From contig NC_057719.1 of assembly GCF_004010195.1 (NCBI RefSeq), positions 23,835,629 through 23,899,628 on the forward strand: a stretch of DNA of 64,000 nt, in the 5' to 3' direction. Made by a program: the position numbers and the translations under genes. The DNA comes from Chiloscyllium plagiosum (Eukaryota). The number at the start of each line of letters is the position of its first letter. Position 1 is the first letter of the stretch. The notes under the pieces are model-generated. The model was not told where the DNA came from, searched no databases, and was given only the letters and a program-made list of their open reading frames with translations. Below, one piece after another: positions 1-12,445 of this stretch.

Positions 1-280
1 CTGGAAAAGCGCAGCAGGTCAGGCAGCATCCAAGGAGCAGGAGAATCGACGTTTCGGGCATGAGCCCTTCTTCAGGAATCTGGGAGGAAGAGAGCTTCTT
101 CAAGGAAGACATCCTTGTAAGAGGATTTGCAGTAGGTTAAAATCTTCGAGGAGGAAGTGAGGACTGCAGATGCTGGAGATCAGAGCTGAAAATCGACGTT
201 TCGGACATGAGCCCTTCTTCATTCTCCTGCTCCTTGGATGCTGCCTGACCTGCTGCGCTTTTCCAGCAACACATTTTCAG
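1..280. mobile_element. Penelope-like-element terminal repeat cluster (inverted copies)
   Basis: Same repeat unit as 21905, 32256 and 53641 (CTGGAAAAGC.CAGCAGGTCAGGCAGCATC...GTTTCGGGC...CCCTTC), in both orientations. Confidence 0.7.
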
Positions 281-375
281 ATCTGTTGGTAATGCCTTTC
301 AAAAGAAGCTGAATTAAAAGCAGGGTCACTGAATTACATTAGCCAAAAATAAATTGCCTTTTTACTGACTGTTGA

Positions 376-564
376 AGTTTTTTTTTAAAAATGAATCCTG
401 ATGAAGGGTCCTGCCCAGAAAGGTTGACTCTCCTCTCCTGCTCTTCTGATGCTGCTTGACCTGCTGTGCTTTTTCCAGCTCCATAATTTAACAAGTCTGA
501 CTTTCCACCGTCTACAGTCCTCACTACCTCCAAGGTATTTTTAAACGTACATTGGAATTTGTTT
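376..564 (+). repeat. ~190 bp direct repeat copy 1 (contains PLE-derived unit)
   Basis: Near-identical to 992-1181, including non-TE flanks. Confidence 0.9.
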
Positions 565-991
565 AACAAAGCTATGCAATTGCAGCTTCCATCAAAAGCA
601 AAGGAATAAAATTTTAAGGTTTGCATAATTAATCCAGGACACTGAGCATGATAGACAAATTTATAATCATCCAGAACATGGGACATGACAAATAAATGTT
701 AAATAACCCCGGACATCTAAAGAACAAATTTCTGCATCAGTCTATGTAAATGTCTACCTTAGTCCACTCCTTTCAACAGACCTCAGGTAAATAGGGATAA
801 GTATTGATATCCAAGACTGCTGTCAGTACCAAATTGTGTACTGTCACTAACGAAGTGGTACATGGCAAATGAAGTTCAATGTAGCAAAGTTTAAGATTGT
901 TCATTTCTGTAGAAGGAGTAGGGAGGTGACCTAGTTACCAGAAGTTAAGAAACAAATTTAATTTCTAAAGGAATAGAATATAAAATCAGGG

Positions 992-1181
992 AGTTTTTTT
1001 TAAAAAATGAATCCTGATGAAGGGTCCTGCCCAGAAAGGTTGACTCTCCTCCCCTGCTCTTCTGACGCTGCTTGACCTGCTGTGCTTTTTCCAGCTCCAT
1101 AACTTAACAAGTCTGACTTTCCACCGTCTGCAGTCCTCACTACCTCCAAGGTATTTTTAAACGTACATTGGAATTTGTTTA
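992..1181 (+). repeat. ~190 bp direct repeat copy 2
   Basis: Near-identical to 376-564. Confidence 0.9.
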
Positions 1182-1584
1182 GCCTGCCATTGAGAACACT
1201 GGTGCAGTTCCAATCTTCACACAAAAAGCATATTGAAGCACCATAGAAAGTTCAAAAGGTGTGGAGTGAATCCAAAACAATGATCATAAAAAAAGTTCAG
1301 ATAATATATAACAAAGAATCAAAGAGAAATTTGTTTACAGAGTGGTGGAAATGTAGAGTTCACCAAGATGAAATGGGAGAGGCTGACAACATTGATGCAT
1401 TTAAGTGGAGTCTTGGTGCAAAAATGAAGAGGAGAACAATAAAGAGAGCTTTACTGTTGGAGGACGCGAGGTGAAATAGAAGCACCGAATGGCTTGTTTC
1501 TGTGCGGTTGCAATTCTAGCACTCATGGTTCAGTCTTTAACTTAAGTAGTAGCTTTCAGTTTGACATGTCTGTGAATGTCAAAC

Positions 1585-2870
1585 AATAAGCTGCACATGG
1601 CCTTTATTGACTTCAAAAAAGCCTCTGATACTTTATCATCCTCAAATGTGGCAGTCCTCAGAAATTTATAACCATTTTTGCCTACTCCAAATGAGATGCA
1701 AGCCATGTTTCTTATCAATGGACCCACCACACATCTTATCTCATTGAAAATTGGGATTGCACAAGACTTTACACCGATTCTCTTGTCATTTTCCTTGCTC
1801 AATAATGCATTTCATCTCCAATATATTATTAACAATTTTGGGGAAAGTCTACAGGCAAGATGGAATGAAGGGCTTTTGCCCGAAACGTCGATTTTACTGC
1901 TCCTCGGATGCTGCCTGAACTGCTGTGCTCTTCCAGCACCACTAATCCGGAATCTGGTTTCCAGCATCTGCAGTCATTGTTTTTACCAAGGTGGAAACCA
2001 TTCAACTTTCAATCCAAAACTAAAACAACTTAACCTCAGTACGCTGATGATACTCATGTGTGTGGTCACTTAGAAAGTAAACTCCAGGTGATTGTTTATT
2101 CCTTCTCTGAAACATAAGAAAAAAAGTGAAGGCCCTCTTCCAACCAGGTCCAACATCAGAACAACTTCTGCTGTGAATTAAGACCAATGGCAAACTCTAA
2201 GAACACATGATCCAGTTTCTAAACTGTGGGAGCTTCCTCTTGATGAAGACCAATAAAGAAAATGAAATTTAGCATTACTTTCAAGTTGCTAGCTCAGCTT
2301 TTAGCTGACTAAAATAAAGGGTATTAGAGGACCAGGAACTCAAACTCCATATTATGGTGATGACTACCTGGCAATAGTGATCTCTGTGCTCCAATATGCT
2401 TTAGAGAAGTATTACCAGCAAAATCTTCCAAACTCAGTGGTAAGATAGGCAATCCAAAATAGCATCCTTTCATGAGCCCCCCAACATGCCCAACATTGTG
2501 ATGCTAATCACTCAAAACCAGTTGCAGGCTGCAGGATATGCCTGACACTGGGCTTTTGGAGCAATTATGCCACCTGGAACTTGATTGAGACAGGAACCTC
2601 TCGGGATGTCCTCAAAGCATCCCTTCAGAGATCAATTGTATCCACTGATTCATGTGAGCCATGGACTGTGACTGACCAAAACAAAGAAGGCTCAGTCAGT
2701 AAGGCAGCGAAAGAAAGAGCGAATTCATCAGAAACACGCAGAGGCAAAACCAAGCTGATGTTGTGAAAGCACAAACCTCCAACTACCCTACCCTTCAAGG
2801 ACGACTGCTTTATATGTGGCAGAGTCTGGGTACTAATGACACAGAGGTAAATGAACACCCATGGCACATT
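1585..2870 (+). mobile_element. Degraded RTE-like LINE fragment, with PLE-derived insert at ~1862-1988
   Basis: LHMAFIDFKKA-type RT motif near 1590, followed by decayed RT-like sequence. Confidence 0.5.
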
Positions 2871-3224
2871 TATATGGCAGAGTGGCTTTGATGGACCAAT
2901 GTTGCACCTGTGAATCCAATATTCAGCGTAATCATTTCACATCTGGAGCAGTTGGGACTTGAACCCAGGGCGTTACTGGGACACTATTACCGCACCACAA
3001 GAATTCCTGATCTGTGGTTCTACATCCTGCATTCTAATGGACTTACCAGTCATCTAAGTAGGCTGGCAAGTTGCATCCAGACAGATGGGACTGCCGAAGA
3101 AGGAAGAGTGATCGAGCATTTTTTCTTCCAATAATAAGCTGCTTCTATGCACTGTCCCTAATGAGAGAGGAGCCCTACGGTCCAATTGAACAAAGGCGCT
3201 TTTGTTTCCAAGTACGGGTGTCAG

Positions 3225-3430
3225 ATTACTCAGTTGGTTGGATGGCAGGTTCATGATGCAGTGTGATGCCAACAGTATGGGTTCAATTGCCATGCTAGTT
3301 GAGGTCAACATGAAGGTCCCACTTTCTCAATCTCATTCCTCACATCTAGTGTGGTGGCTCTCAGGTCAAACCACCACCAGTTATCTGTCTGACGAGAGAC
3401 CAACCCTCTGGTCCACTGAGGAAGATTACT
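3225..3430 (+). mobile_element. Old tRNA-derived SINE (related copies at ~10650-10830 + and ~47160-47385 -)
   Basis: A/B-box-like CTCAGTTGG...GGTTCAATT head and a body shared by the three copies. Confidence 0.55.
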
Positions 3431-4004
3431 TCACACATTTGGCAGATAAGACAGTACCAAGTGCAGCAGCTAAGGGAAAGCTGAGTAAAATAAATCAAAG
3501 AAGGGCGGATTGCTGGTGATCCAAAACAAACAAAAAAGAGAAAAGGCTGGGGAAACTTAGCAGGTAGTGTAGCAGCCTCCGTGCAAGGAAAACAGAGGTA
3601 AGGTTTCGAGTTAGTTTTGAAGGATGGCCAATCACTGGATCGGAAAGCTGGATGTTTAGCTGAAAAGAAACAAATTAAGAAATTGCTGGAGGAAATTCAG
3701 CCCTGCTGGAGTCTCGAAACATTAACTCTGTTTTCACACAGGCAGACTTTCCTCCAGCAATTTCTGTTTTCGTTCCAGATCTTCAGTCTTGGTTTTATTT
3801 TAGACAAGCAGGAGGCTGGAAGAACACAGCAAGCCAGCCACCACCAGCACCTCCGGACGCTGCCTGGCTTGCTGTGTTCTTCCATCCTCCTGCTTGTCTA
3901 CCTTGGATGCCAGCATCTGCATGATTTTTTTTTGTCTCTAACTTGGTTTTATTTTAGCTGCAAAGAAATGCTGATTGGCGGGAGGGTGGTCTGCTCACTG
4001 TTTG

Positions 4005-4097
4005 CCTGATTAAGGGCTTTTGCCCGAAACGTCGATTTTGCTGCTCGTCGGATGCTGCCTGAATTGCTGTGCTCTTCCAGCACCACTGATCCAGAAC
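4005..4097 (+). mobile_element. PLE-derived short insertion with 14-bp TSD
   Basis: Flanked by CTGCTCACTGTTTG at 3991-4004 and 4098-4111. Confidence 0.85.
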
Positions 4098-4149
4098 CTG
4101 CTCACTGTTTGAGCCAAGATCATTCATTCCCCCTCCCCCTTTCTCGGTC

Positions 4150-4178
4150 AATGAATGAATGAATGAATGAATGAATGA
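4150..4178. repeat. (AATG)n microsatellite
   Basis: About 7 tandem AATG units, ~100 bp upstream of the GALC ATG. Confidence 0.9.
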
Positions 4179-4281
4179 AGTGCTGCCGCCGCCAGCGCCG
4201 GGTGCCTCGTGTCTCCCCATTGTGACGATTGCGATCAGGTGACCGGTAGTGCTCGCGGAGACGGCTCGTGGGGGTGTTTCC

Positions 4282-4470
4282 ATGGAAGCGGTGGAGTGGG
4301 TCGTTGGAGTTCGGCGGCAATGGTGTCCGGGGCTGGTGTCCCTCCCCTGGGCCTTGCTCTGGTTCAGCCTCAGCGCCAGCCCGCGCCTCGGAGCCGCCGT
4401 CTACGTCCTGGACGACGAAGGAGGCCTGGGCCCGCAGTTTGACGGCATCGGCGGCCTGAGCGGCGGCGGG
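4282..4470 (+). CDS. GALC: GALC exon 1 (signal peptide plus N-terminus)
   Basis: MEAVEW...LVSLPWALLWFSLSASPRLGAAVYVLDDEGGLGPQFDGIGGLSGGG, donor GTGAGT at 4471, GC/CpG-rich context. The start codon is the least certain part. Confidence 0.92.
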
Positions 4471-4705
4471 GTGAGTAGCCGGGGTGCCGGCGCAAGAGGA
4501 AGTGAGATGACGCACAAAGAGGCTGTTCAGCCCGTCGCTGTTGTGCTGACCCCCATCCTTTGGGTTAGCAGCAAAGGCAGAGGACGCTGTAGACACTCAG
4601 CAGGTCTGGCAGCATTTGCGGGGAGAGAAACGTTTCGAGTGGTTGTATGACTTGTTCGGAATTGCTTCTTTCAGATTTCCAGGAGGTGCAGTATTTTCCC
4701 TTTTT

Positions 4706-4875
4706 GGATTAGATTAGATTAGAATCACTACAGTGTAGAAACAGGCCCTTCGGCCCAACCAATCCATACCGACCCTCCGAAGGGTAACCCACCCAGACCC
4801 ATTTCCCTCTGACTAATGCACCTAACACTATGGGCAATTTAGCATGGCCAATTCACCTGACCTGCACATCTTTGT
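4706..4875 (-). mobile_element. HE1-type SINE, 3' fragment
   Basis: (GATTA)n tail and AAACAGGCCCTTCGGCCCAAC 3' region shared with the full copies. Confidence 0.85.
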
Positions 4876-5174
4876 GCTAGAAGCCATCTTATAATTCCTA
4901 ATTCCTTCTCCCTCCCCATTATTATGACCAAGGTAATAGAGTCACGGAAACGGACCCTGTGACTGAATGTGTGTTATTAAAAGTAGAGATCAGGATGTTG
5001 CTAATCCGCTTCTCCGCTATTGACTTGACTGTGGAGTCTAGGGTTATCACTTGCAATTATCAGTTTCAAACTGTTCTGTATAATACTGTTGTGTTACTAC
5101 TTTTATGGCTTTACTTCCTTGTCCTGTATGTGCACATACTTTGCCCAACCTATATTTAGTCTCTTGTGCTTTTT

Positions 5175-5496
5175 AGATTAGATTACATTACATTACATTA
5201 CATTACATTACAGTGTGGAAACAGGCCCTTCGGCCCAACAAGTCCACACCGCCCCGCCGAAGCGCAACCCACCCATACCCCTACATTTATCCCTTACCTA
5301 ACACTACGGGCAATTTAGCATGGCCAATTCACCTGACCTGCACATCTTTGGACTGTGGGAGAACCCGGAGGAAACCCACGCAGACACGGTGAGAACCTGC
5401 AAACTCCACACAGTCAGTCGCCTGAGGTGGGAATTGAATCCTGGTCTCTGGTGCTGTGAGGCAGCAGTGCTAACCACTGAGCCACCGTGCTGCCCA
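5175..5496 (-). mobile_element. HE1-type V-SINE, near full length
   Basis: tRNA-like head GGCAGCACGGTGGCTCAGTGGTTAGCACTGCTGCC, V-core TGTGTGGAGTTTGCA...GGGTTTCCTCCGG, LINE-like 3' end and pentamer tail. Confidence 0.92.
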
Positions 5497-6010
5497 TGGT
5501 TGTAAAGAACGTCAAGATAATGCCTCCTATAATGATGAGTCCATTGAAAGTGCATGTTGCACGTTTGTAGCTTGTTTGGTTTCTCAATGCAGAAAACTGG
5601 TAAAATTGTCTGATGTTTGCAGAGAAATGCATAATGGAAGTGATAATCTCTTAACAAATTATTATTAAAAACCCAGCCAGACAAATGTTTTCTATATCCT
5701 GACAGTATCTAAGTGGCCAAAACCTCTCAGATTAAGTTTGGCTGCAGTGTTTTGAGCTAAATACAGAAAATATTGTAAGCACTGCAAATCTGAAATAAAA
5801 ATGTAAAATGCTAGAACAGATAGGTTTGCAGTTTGGGCTCAGCAATTCTTTTTAGAACAGCTACCCCAAGATATCATGCGTTCAGTGCTGCTAACTTTGA
5901 CTTTATGCTGATCATAAGTGTGTTGTGCATCGTTGTAACTGCAGTAAGTTGTGTAGTAAATTTCAGTGATTTGTTTTGAATTATCATAGAATATTGTGCT
6001 TTTTTTTTAG

Positions 6011-6112
<102 letters not shown>

Positions 6113-6210
6113 TAGCGGCCTTGGCATCAAGGGTGTAGCAATGATGTTTAACTGATGAGGTTAGTATTGCTGTAACTGATAAGATCACTTTTCTCTTTTG
6201 TACAGTAGAT

Positions 6211-6545
6211 GGGCGACACAGTGGCTCAGTGGTTAGCACTGCTGACTAAGTGTCAGGGGCTGAGTTCAATATCATCCTCAGGCGATAGTGTGGACTTTGC
6301 ACAGTTTACTGGTGCCTGCTTAAGTTTTCTCCCACAGTCCAAAGACATGCAGATTAAGTGGATTGGCCATATTACATTGCCCACCATGTCCAAGGATGTG
6401 CAGGCTAGATGGATTAGTCATGGGAGGTACAGGGTTACGGGTGTAGGGTAGGGGGGTGAGTCTGGATGGGATGCTGTTCAGCAAGTCGGTTTGGGCTCAG
6501 TGGGATGAATGGCCTACTTCCATGCTGTCAGGAATCTATGATGGT
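6211..6545 (+). mobile_element. HE1-type V-SINE, diverged
   Basis: GTGGCTCAGTGGTTAGCACT head, CCCACAGTCCAAAGA core. Confidence 0.8.
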
Positions 6546-7774
6546 GTATTCATACTGACTTGGTTTGCTTCAATGGTGTGTAATTGTAATGCATCATGAA
6601 AACAAGTAGTTAAGGATCCCACTTGTATATGAACACTTTAAGTGGCATAATGTGGGTCTAGTGCAGGAAAGTGGGGTTTGTGTGGGTAGGAGTGCACTTT
6701 TAGCAGTACAGAGTTGTGGGACCAAAATGAATGGTGCCATGATTGGAGCTCTGCTGAGAAGGTACCTCCTTCTCAACTCTTCCCTTCTTCTGAATTATAG
6801 TGACATCCAGTTAAACCACTGCCAGTCCATTCTCTCTGAGCAGCCCTGTAATCCTTTGGGAATATGGTGACTCTTTTTTAGTGGAGCTCTGTGCATGTGT
6901 ATCAATAAGCTTCACATCTCTCCTAGCTGGGGGAACAGAGGCATTGACAATTTTAGCAGTGAATTTATTCAATGATGAAGTACTACCTGATTCATAAGAA
7001 TTTTCTCCAGCACTTTTGAAGTTTAGTTCATCGCTGTAAAAAATATAAAGAAATGAGTTTTCGTACACACTGATCAAAGTATCCCATGTCACCCAAAGTG
7101 AGCTTTCTCTCATATTATTGTGTGATGGAGCCTTTTGTAAATCTTAATCTATAATTTCTTAAATCATATATAAGCAATGGTACATTTTATGTCACCTTGT
7201 ATACAATTATCTTTGCTTGTTGTTTAACTTGTATAGGCAATAAGTAATACTTTGAAATATGATGGCTTTAGCAAATTAGAGGAAAATGGAATTTCATTTG
7301 ATATTTGACTAGAAGATTTAACCCTTTTGAAATGTTTATAATTAGAATATAATGTACAGTAATACAGTGCATTTGCAAACATAGCTGTTAATCCATGTTG
7401 GTGAGCCAGTGACTTATCGTAACTAAATAGGATTCAGTGTTTATAATGTTTCCTTTATGAATTCTATTCATTTTTTCATAAAGATAGCAAACTAGTGACC
7501 TTGCCTATTGATAACAGTTTATCACAAAATTAAAAATGTATCAATGATTTGATTATTTTGAATAAACAAGTAAAATAGGATTCACTGTATATCAATGATC
7601 GATGGTGAAATGTTTCTGTGTCCCTCATAGATGGAAGACGGGAAAAATTTCTGGCTGTAAGAGCTGCTCTCTTTTTTTTTTTGAGGTATTTTAGGTGTTG
7701 GAGGTGATTTCCTGAATTCCAGGAGCAGCAATTACTGTTTTATATGCTGTTACATTGTTTTAGAACTTTGGAAA

Positions 7775-9060
7775 AAGTGGATAAATCCCCAGGACCTGAT
7801 CAGGTGTACCCGAGAACTCTGTGGGAAGCTAGAGAAGTGATTGCTGGGCCTCTTGCTGAGATATTTGTATCATGGATAGTCACAGGTGAGGTGCCGGAAG
7901 TCTGAAGGTTGACAAACGTGGTGCCACTGTTTAAGAAGGGCAGTAAAGACAAGTCAGGGAACTAGAGACCGGTGAGCCTGACCTCGGTGGTGGGCAAGTT
8001 GTTGGAGGGAATCCTGAGGGACAGAATGTACGTGTATTTGGAAAGGCAAGGATTGATTAGGGATAGTCAACATGGCTTTGTGCATGGGAAATCATGTCTC
8101 TCAAACTTGATTGAGTTTTTTGATGAAGTAACAAAGAAGATTGATGAAGGCAGAGCAGTAAATGTGATCTATATGGACTTCAGTAAGGCGTTCAACAAGG
8201 TTCCCCATGAGAGACTGATTAGCAAGGTTAGATCTCAGGGAATACAGGNNNNNNNNNNNNNNNNNNNNNNNNNNNNNNNNNNNNNNNNNNNNNNNNNNNN
8301 NNNTCAGATAAATGCGAGGTACTGCATTTTGGGAAAGCAAATCTTAGCAGGACTTATACACTTAATGGTAAGGTCCTAGGGAGTGTTGCTGAACAAAGAG
8401 ACCTTGGAGTGCAGGTTCATAGCTCCTTAAAAGTGGAGTCGCAGGTAGATAGGATAGTGAAGAAGGCGTTTGGTATGCTTTCCTTTATTGGTCAGAGTAT
8501 TGAGTAGGTTAGGCCACTATTGGAATATTGCATGCAATTCTGGTCTCCTTCCTATTGGAAAGATGTTGTGAAACTTAAAGGGTTTAGAAAAGATTTACAA
8601 GGATGTTGCCAGGGTTGGAGGATTTGAGCTACAGGGAGAGGCTGAACAGGCTGGGGCTGTTTTCCCTGGAGCATCGGAGGCTGAGGGGTGACCTTTGTAG
8701 AGGTTTACAAAATTGAGGGGTATGGATAGGATAATAGACAAAGTCTTTTCCGTGGGGTCGGGGAATCCAGAACTAGAGGGGATAGGTTTAGGGTGAGAGG
8801 TGAAAGATATAAAAGAGACCTAAGGGGCAACTTTTTCACAGAGTGGTACGTGTGTGGAATGAGCTGCCTGAGGAAGTGATGGAGGCTGGTACAATTGCAA
8901 CATTTAAAAGACATTTGGATGGGTATATGAATAGGAAGGGTTTGGAGAGATATGGGCCGGGTGCAGGCAGGTGGGACTAGATTGGGTTGGGATATCTGGT
9001 CGGCATGGACGGGTTGGACCAAAGGGTCTGTTTCCATGCTGTACCTCTCTATGACTCCGT
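7775..9060 (+). mobile_element. CR1/HER1-like LINE, 5'-truncated (spans N gap 8249-8303)
   Basis: RT motifs SLTSVVGKLLE, SQHGF, YMDFSKAF; typical 3' end ...GGGTCTGTTTCCATGCTGTA. Confidence 0.92.
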
Positions 9061-10193
9061 ATGCACAAATACTAGAGCAGCTGTTTGACCACAGCACTTG
9101 TGGCCGTGAGGAATCAATCATGTGTTTATGTCTGAATCTATACTTCCTTGAGTAGTTAACAGAATTTACTTCCCTTTAGCTTATTACTAGCTCTAGATGG
9201 TTGCAACCTTTGCTTAAGTTGCTGAAATAGAAACAAAATTAATTCCGTGTCTCTTTTGTTGCTTGAGTGGCATTAATGTTTTTTCACCAATACATAATCT
9301 GCATTTCCCTCTTCATTTATTTAGATCTAAGACTACTTTTTGGTGACGTTTATGAAGACAGCAATAAGCTCCAGTGTTACTGTTCTAAAAATTTGCTATT
9401 TCCTTTTATGATATGCTTTTGAGTTTCTCACAAGATCTGTGAAATTGTGATTAAATCTTTTAAGACAGATGAAAGTGAAGTATTGTTGTAGGAAGTAGCT
9501 TCTGCAAAACAAGTTGAATGGAAACTGGTGGTCACTGTGACCAGTTCCTCGAGTTCAACTGAAACTCCATGGAGTTCTTCTTCTCTTGCTCTCTTCTGAT
9601 AGTAATACTACATGATGTGCAGCTGTCTTTGTCAAGCATTATTCTGGTCAGAACTTCATTTGACTGGGATCTTTAGATTTGTCTTTTTTCAATTGTTCTA
9701 ATAACAGAACAGTCAGCTTTACTGCAGTGAATTGCTACCTATAGGGTGTTTCGTGTAAAGATTTTGCTCTTTTGAACTACAAACCACAAAACCTCTATGC
9801 AACTTTTCTATATGTTTTTACTTTTGGACAAATGATTTTTATGACTGAGAAAATAATTTGGTAGTTGGTGTTTTTTGATCTTCCTGATCCCTTGACTTCA
9901 CCAATTCTTTATCATCTTTTTGAAAACCTTTTCAAAACCCACCTGTCAACCACTGTTAATTTCACTTCCACAGTTTGGTATCTGTTTCCATTTCTGAAGC
10001 TTTTCTTTAAAATATTTATAAAGAGACCATATAAGTGCAAGTTGTATTGCAGCATCCTTCATTACCTAATGAGTAATTCTAATAATGAATGGAAGTCCTG
10101 TTTCTCTTCTCACCTGTTGGGGGTTGTATTTGGTGACATAATCAGTATTAATCATAGTAATAATTTGTTCATAAACTTATTTTCTGTTGTCAG

Positions 10194-10257
10194 CCAAACT
10201 TTGGTGCTTCCCTGCATATCTTAAAGGTGGAGATTGGTGGTGATGCCCAAACGACAG
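10194..10257 (+). CDS. GALC: GALC exon 3
   Basis: gtcag|[21 protein letters not shown](D)|gtagga; 64 nt. Confidence 0.97.
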
Positions 10258-10999
10258 GTAGGAACTTCAACTCTCTCTAACTTTGAAATGCACCTGCAAA
10301 ATGGGTGATTGAAAATCATGTTGGGGTGTCCTGGATTGTCCACTATAACTTTGGAAAACATGATGAGCATTTTATGCATTTGTACTATTTCCTTCAGGTT
10401 ATTGTAGCAATCTTAAAATTGTATGGACTGCAAGGAGGAGAATCCTCACAGTAATGTAATCTCATGGAAATTAAATCTTGTAAAGAAACTTCAGGACTAA
10501 ACACAGCTAATATTGCTAGATCTTAAGTTTTATTGACATCTCAACTTTTTAAAGTACTTTATTTTCTGTGACATTCTTTTGTGATTTGGTGGTCAAATCC
10601 AAATAGCTGTTCACATTTAATGGCAGAGGTAAGAGTGCATGAGGCGGGGAGGGTAAATTAATTCAGTAGGCTGGTCGCTGGTTTTGACGCAGAATGATGC
10701 GTACAGTTTGGATTCACTTTCTGCACCAGGTGAAGTTACGATGAAGGGTCTCCTTCTCAACACCTCACCGTCTAATAACATAGTTAGACATATGACACAG
10801 TAGGATTATAGTGACTTTACCTTTTTAGTACTGATAAAAGTCACATTTTGTCCAAGCTTTCCATCTTGCACTTATCAGGACAATTTACAAAAAATGCAAA
10901 AGTAAAGGGGATACCAGCATTACACCATATGAGAACAGAGTGCTGTTTGGTTGGCAAGTGGATTCTGATTGAGAAGTGTTGCCATTAGACTGTAGGAGT

Positions 11000-12445
11000 T
11001 AGTGAATGAAGGTAAAGCAGTTGATATGGTGTATATGGATTTCAGTAAGGCATTTGATAAGGTTTCCCATGGTAGGCTATTTACAAAATACGGAGGCATG
11101 GGATCGAGGGTGATTTACTGGTTTGGATCAGAAGTTGGCTAGCTGAAAGAAAACAGAGGGTGGTGGTTGATGGGAAGTGTTCATCCTGGAGTTCAGGTGA
11201 CTAGTGGTGTACTGCAAGGGTCTGTTTTGGGTCCACTGCTGTTGGTCATTTATAAAAAAAATGACCTGGATGAGAGCATTAGTAAATTTGCAAATGATAC
11301 TAAGGTCAGTAGAGTTGTGAATCGTGACAAAAGATGTTGTAGGTTTCAGAGGGACAGAAGCTGCAGAGCTGGGCTGAGAGGTGGCAAGTGGAGTTTAATG
11401 TAGAAAGGTGTGAAGTGCATCCCTTTGGAAGGTGTTACAGGAATACAAAGTACTGGGTTGATGGTAAGATTCTTGGTAGTGTAGATCAGCAGAGAGATTT
11501 GGAATTAGAATCCCTACAGTGTGGAAACAGGCCCTTCGGCCCAGCGAGTCCAAACCGACCCTCTGAAGAGTATCCCCACCTAAACCTGTTCCTTTACATT
11601 TAGCCCTGACTAATGGGCAATTTAGCATGGACAATTCACCTGACCTGCACATCTTTGGATTGTGGGAGGAAACCCACGCGGACATTGGGAGAATTTGCAA
11701 ACTCCACACAGATAGTTGCCTAAGACTTGAATTGAACCCAGGTCCCCAGTGCTGTGAGGCAGCAGTGCTAACCACTGAGCACTGTGCCACGCCTGGTCCA
11801 GATCCAGATCTGTGGCCAGGTCCATAGATCCTTGAAGGTTGCCATCCAAGTTGATAGTTAAGGCATATGGTGTGTTAGCTTTTATTGGTAGTGGGATTGA
11901 GTTTCGGAACCTTGAGGTCATGCTGAAGCTGTACAAAACTTTGCCGCACTTGGAGTATTGCGTACAGTTCTGGTCACCGTATTTTAGGAAGGGTGTGGAA
12001 GCTTTGAAGAGGGTTCAGAGGCGATTTACTAGGGTGTTGCCTGGCATAGAGGAAAGGTCTTCTGAAGAAAGGCTGAAGGATTTGAGGCTGTTGTCATTAG
12101 AGAGGAGGAGGGTGAGAGGTGACTTAATTGAGACATATAAGATAATCAGGGTTAGATAGGGTGAACAGTGAGAGCCTCTTTCCTCTGGTGGTGGCGGCTA
12201 GCACTAGGGGACATAGCTTTAAATTGAGGGGTGATAGTTTGTTTACTCAGAAGTAGGGAAGTAGTAGAATACCCTGCCTGCAACAGTAGCAGACTCGCCA
12301 ACTTTAGGGGCATTTAAATGGTCATTGGATAGACATATGGATGGGAATGGAAGAGTGTAGGTTAGATGGGCTTCAGATTGGTTTCACAGGTCAACGCAAC
12401 ATCGAGGGCCGAAGGGCCTGTACTACACCGTCATGTTCTATGTAA
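11000..12445 (+). mobile_element. CR1-like LINE fragment with a nested HE1 SINE (~11500-11792, minus strand)
   Basis: YMDFSKAFDKV, SGVLQGSVLGPLL, KFANDTK, LEYCVQFWSP, RGDLIETYKI. Confidence 0.9.

Larger units (their letters stand above)
3965..4560 (+). promoter_or_regulatory. Probable GALC promoter / CpG island
   Basis: The most CpG-dense stretch of the window, overlapping exon 1. Reverse CCAAT (ATTGG) plus GC-box-like GGCGGGAGGG near 3974-3986. TSS not determinable. Confidence 0.6.

Noticed and set aside
4120-4650. Overlapping ORFs on both strands around exon 1
   Set aside because: Expected in GC-rich, stop-poor sequence; only the GALC frame up to the 4471 donor has homology.
5440-5496. 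tRNA gene-like sequence (also at other SINE heads)
   Set aside because: A/B boxes run straight into the V-SINE core and LINE-like tail, so these are SINE heads.
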